Part shown: positions 16,548-18,596 of the stretch, in pieces
Layout: each line of letters starts with the position of its first letter
How positions within the stretch are numbered: the first letter of the stretch is position 1
From: Chthonomonadales bacterium
GTDB taxonomy: Bacteria > Armatimonadota > Chthonomonadetes > Chthonomonadales > Chthonomonadaceae
Assembly (NCBI GenBank): GCA_038217285.1
Contig: JBBQPO010000107.1
Coordinates: 1-18,596, forward strand
DNA: 18,596 nucleotides
Direction of reading: 5' to 3'
Translations under genes and position numbers: made by a program
The notes under the pieces: generated by a model
The model's database searches: none
What the model was told of the DNA's origin: nothing
The model's input: the letters and a program-made list of their open reading frames with translations, nothing else

Positions 16548-17294
16548 TCAGGGATTGGGGCCGGACGCATCGGGGGTGGGAGGGGCACCGCCGCCCGGTT
16601 TCTCGCCTTCCGGAAGAACGGTCGTCGGTTTGAAGGCGGAGTCCAGCTTCGCCAGGGCGCAGACGCGCTCGAAATCGAACGCAGCGGGATCGGATTTGCG
16701 CCCCGCAGGCCGGGCGATCAGCGCATGCGAGACGACGCGTGAGTCGGGGATGACGTAGCGGGAGCGCAGAAAGCGCAGGATCCCTGCAACGGCATGGACC
16801 TGCGCGTCGGTATAGGGGTCTTTGCCGTCGTTCAGGTTCACCATCTCGATGCCCACGCTGTAGTCGTTCACGCTCGGTACGCCGTCCAGCACGGAGGGGC
16901 CTGCGTGCCAGGCGCGGCGCTCCACCGGCACCATCTGCACGACTCGCCCATCTTTCCCGACCACGAAATGCGCGGAAACCTTCCGCGTCGTATTGAGAAA
17001 GATGCCGATGGTGCCCTCCGTCGTCGGCTCGACCGTGGAGTGAATCACCAGGCAGTTGACCGTCGTGCCCGCAGGGCGATTATCGCAGTTGGGCGACGGA
17101 ATGTAGTCGTACGGCAGGGGCATCGGGAGAGGAACGACAGCCATCGCGAGCGGCCTCCAGAACAGGATCGCGGCGAAAAGTCCGCAGACCAAGAGCAGCA
17201 TGGCGCGCCATCGGCGCAGGCGGCGCGGGGTTCGGCGCGATTTTGGCGCACTCTGGGGCGGCGTTTGCGGAACGTTTTCAGTAGAGAGAGACAT
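16548..17294 (-). CDS. N-acetylmuramoyl-L-alanine amidase (Amidase_2, AmpD/AmiD-like) with N-terminal membrane anchor
   Basis: SPNCDNRP, VIHST, VSAHF, RAWHAG, NDYSVGIEM and HALIA..RKSDP. ATG17294 has GGAGG upstream, and an Arg-rich then hydrophobic N-terminus. Confidence 0.92.
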   Translation of the reverse strand: MSLSTENVPQTPPQSAPKSRRTPRRLRRWRAMLLLVCGLFAAILFWRPLAMAVVPLPMPLPYDYIPSPNCDNRPAGTTVNCLVIHSTVEPTTEGTIGIFLNTTRKVSAHFVVGKDGRVVQMVPVERRAWHAGPSVLDGVPSVNDYSVGIEMVNLNDGKDPYTDAQVHAVAGILRFLRSRYVIPDSRVVSHALIARPAGRKSDPAAFDFERVCALAKLDSAFKPTTVLPEGEKPGGGAPPTPDASGPNP

Positions 17295-17326
17295 CGTACA
17301 CGAACCTCCGAACGACGGATGAACGA

Positions 17327-18595
17327 CTAAGGACTCGTGAGGACGGAAACGGACTGCTGCGCGACGACTTTGCCGCGCGCGTCGGTGACTTCCAGGGTGA
17401 GGGTGTGCTTGCCGGGTTTGACGCTGCCTGCATCCCAGACGCACTCCCAGAGGTCGGGGCGATAGGCGCGGTAGATCACGATCCCGTCTATTTTGTAGCG
17501 CAGAGAGACGCGGTCGGAGGGCGTGCGGGCGAAGCAGGAGAAGGTCGCCCGCCCTCTCAGCGGCTCATTGGGGCGCATGGGCATGGGCGCAGGCGGCGGG
17601 ACCGCCCGATCCGGCAGCGGCGCAGACAGAAAATAGGGTGTGGAGATCGAATAGCGGTAGGCATCGTTGACCATCGCATCGTCGGTGACGCTGTAGTCGT
17701 TGTAGGCGCGCTCCGTCACGAACTGAAGGTTGTTGCTGTCGAAATAGTTGATCGACTTCACACGCGGATAGAGGCGCGGCAGGGCGTTGTAGAGCGTGAG
17801 TATCTTGCGGAATGCGAACTCAGGTCGGGCCGTTCCCTCCACGGCCGAACTGTGGGTGGCGGCATACTCGCATATCATAATCGGCTTGCGGGCGGCGTAT
17901 CGATCGTAGATGTAGTTGAGCAGATCGCAGGGATGCTCGTTTTCGGCAGGCGACTTGATACTGTTATTGTGATAGGTGACGCTGTACATATTTACGCCGA
18001 CCCAGTCGGTGGCGTCGTCGCCGGGATAGAAGTTGGCGATATTCGAAGTCGGCGTACAGTAGGGACACCATACCAGCGCCACGTTCGGGGCGCGTCGGTG
18101 CATCACCTCGTAGACCAGGCGAAAGGCGCGTCGATACTCGGCCGGGTTGCGGTTGTAGATGCTCCAGGTGCCGTTCATCTCGGAGGCAAAGCGTAGAAAG
18201 ATCTTCGCGCCGGAGCGCGCCATATCGTCGGCGAGCTGCGTGAGGTAGGCGTCGTCTTTGACGATCTCGACGCCTTCGTTCGGTTCCATCGCTATATGCA
18301 CGAACTTGTTCATGGCGGCCTGGCGCCGCATCCAGTCCATCGGCAACCGGCGGCCGTAGCCCATATAGAAGAAGTACATCGAGTGCGCCTTGCCGACGAT
18401 CTCCTCGAAAGGGCCGGAGTCCTGGTGCTTCAGGCCGTTCTGGTCGAGGATCGTGCGCTTCAGACTGCCGTCGAAGTCGATGAACCCGCCCAGATAGCAG
18501 CCGACGGCGGGCTCAAATTTCTGATGGGTATCGCGGGCGGCGATTTCGGCCGGGGTGAGGGGGCGGGTGATGGTGAGAATCGCCTGCGGCTTGCC
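17327..18595 (-). CDS. Glycoside hydrolase family 26-like protein with C-terminal Ig-like domain (5' partial)
   Basis: The frame stays open to the window edge (GKPQAIL...KFEPAVGCYLGGFID...). LRFASEMNG (acid/base Glu), FYPGDDATDWVG and KPIMICEY (nucleophile Glu); C-terminal WDAGSVKPGKHTLTLEVTD Ig-like signature. Confidence 0.85.
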   Translation of the reverse strand, partial: GKPQAILTITRPLTPAEIAARDTHQKFEPAVGCYLGGFIDFDGSLKRTILDQNGLKHQDSGPFEEIVGKAHSMYFFYMGYGRRLPMDWMRRQAAMNKFVHIAMEPNEGVEIVKDDAYLTQLADDMARSGAKIFLRFASEMNGTWSIYNRNPAEYRRAFRLVYEVMHRRAPNVALVWCPYCTPTSNIANFYPGDDATDWVGVNMYSVTYHNNSIKSPAENEHPCDLLNYIYDRYAARKPIMICEYAATHSSAVEGTARPEFAFRKILTLYNALPRLYPRVKSINYFDSNNLQFVTERAYNDYSVTDDAMVNDAYRYSISTPYFLSAPLPDRAVPPPAPMPMRPNEPLRGRATFSCFARTPSDRVSLRYKIDGIVIYRAYRPDLWECVWDAGSVKPGKHTLTLEVTDARGKVVAQQSVSVLTSP

Positions 18596-18596
18596 C

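Noticed and set aside
1-18596. CRISPR array, retron ncRNA, rRNA/tRNA or prophage
   Set aside because: No regularly spaced repeats, reverse transcriptase, structural RNA genes or phage genes were seen; the amidase sits in a host-like context.

Overview
The window has two parts. The left part (about 1-9665) starts with the right end of an IS66-family element. It is followed by a co-oriented anti-phage, restriction-modification-like cluster that looks lower in GC by eye: MORC/GHKL ATPase, SF2-helicase-Z1, PD-(D/E)XK/DUF4420, AIPR (the MzaB-E core), then an M.BbvI-like C5 cytosine methyltransferase and a Vsr endonuclease. No ankyrin-sigma MzaA is visible; the IS occupies that position. The right part is GC-rich and looks like host backbone: a HAD phosphatase, a fluoride (crcB-motif) riboswitch with a readable translational switch controlling a CLC-F/EriC fluoride exporter, a secreted beta-propeller/phosphoesterase with a Pho-box-like promoter, a class II Fic protein, an Amidase_2 peptidoglycan amidase and a 5'-truncated GH26-like glycosidase. 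Family assignments come from motif recognition and recall, not database searches.
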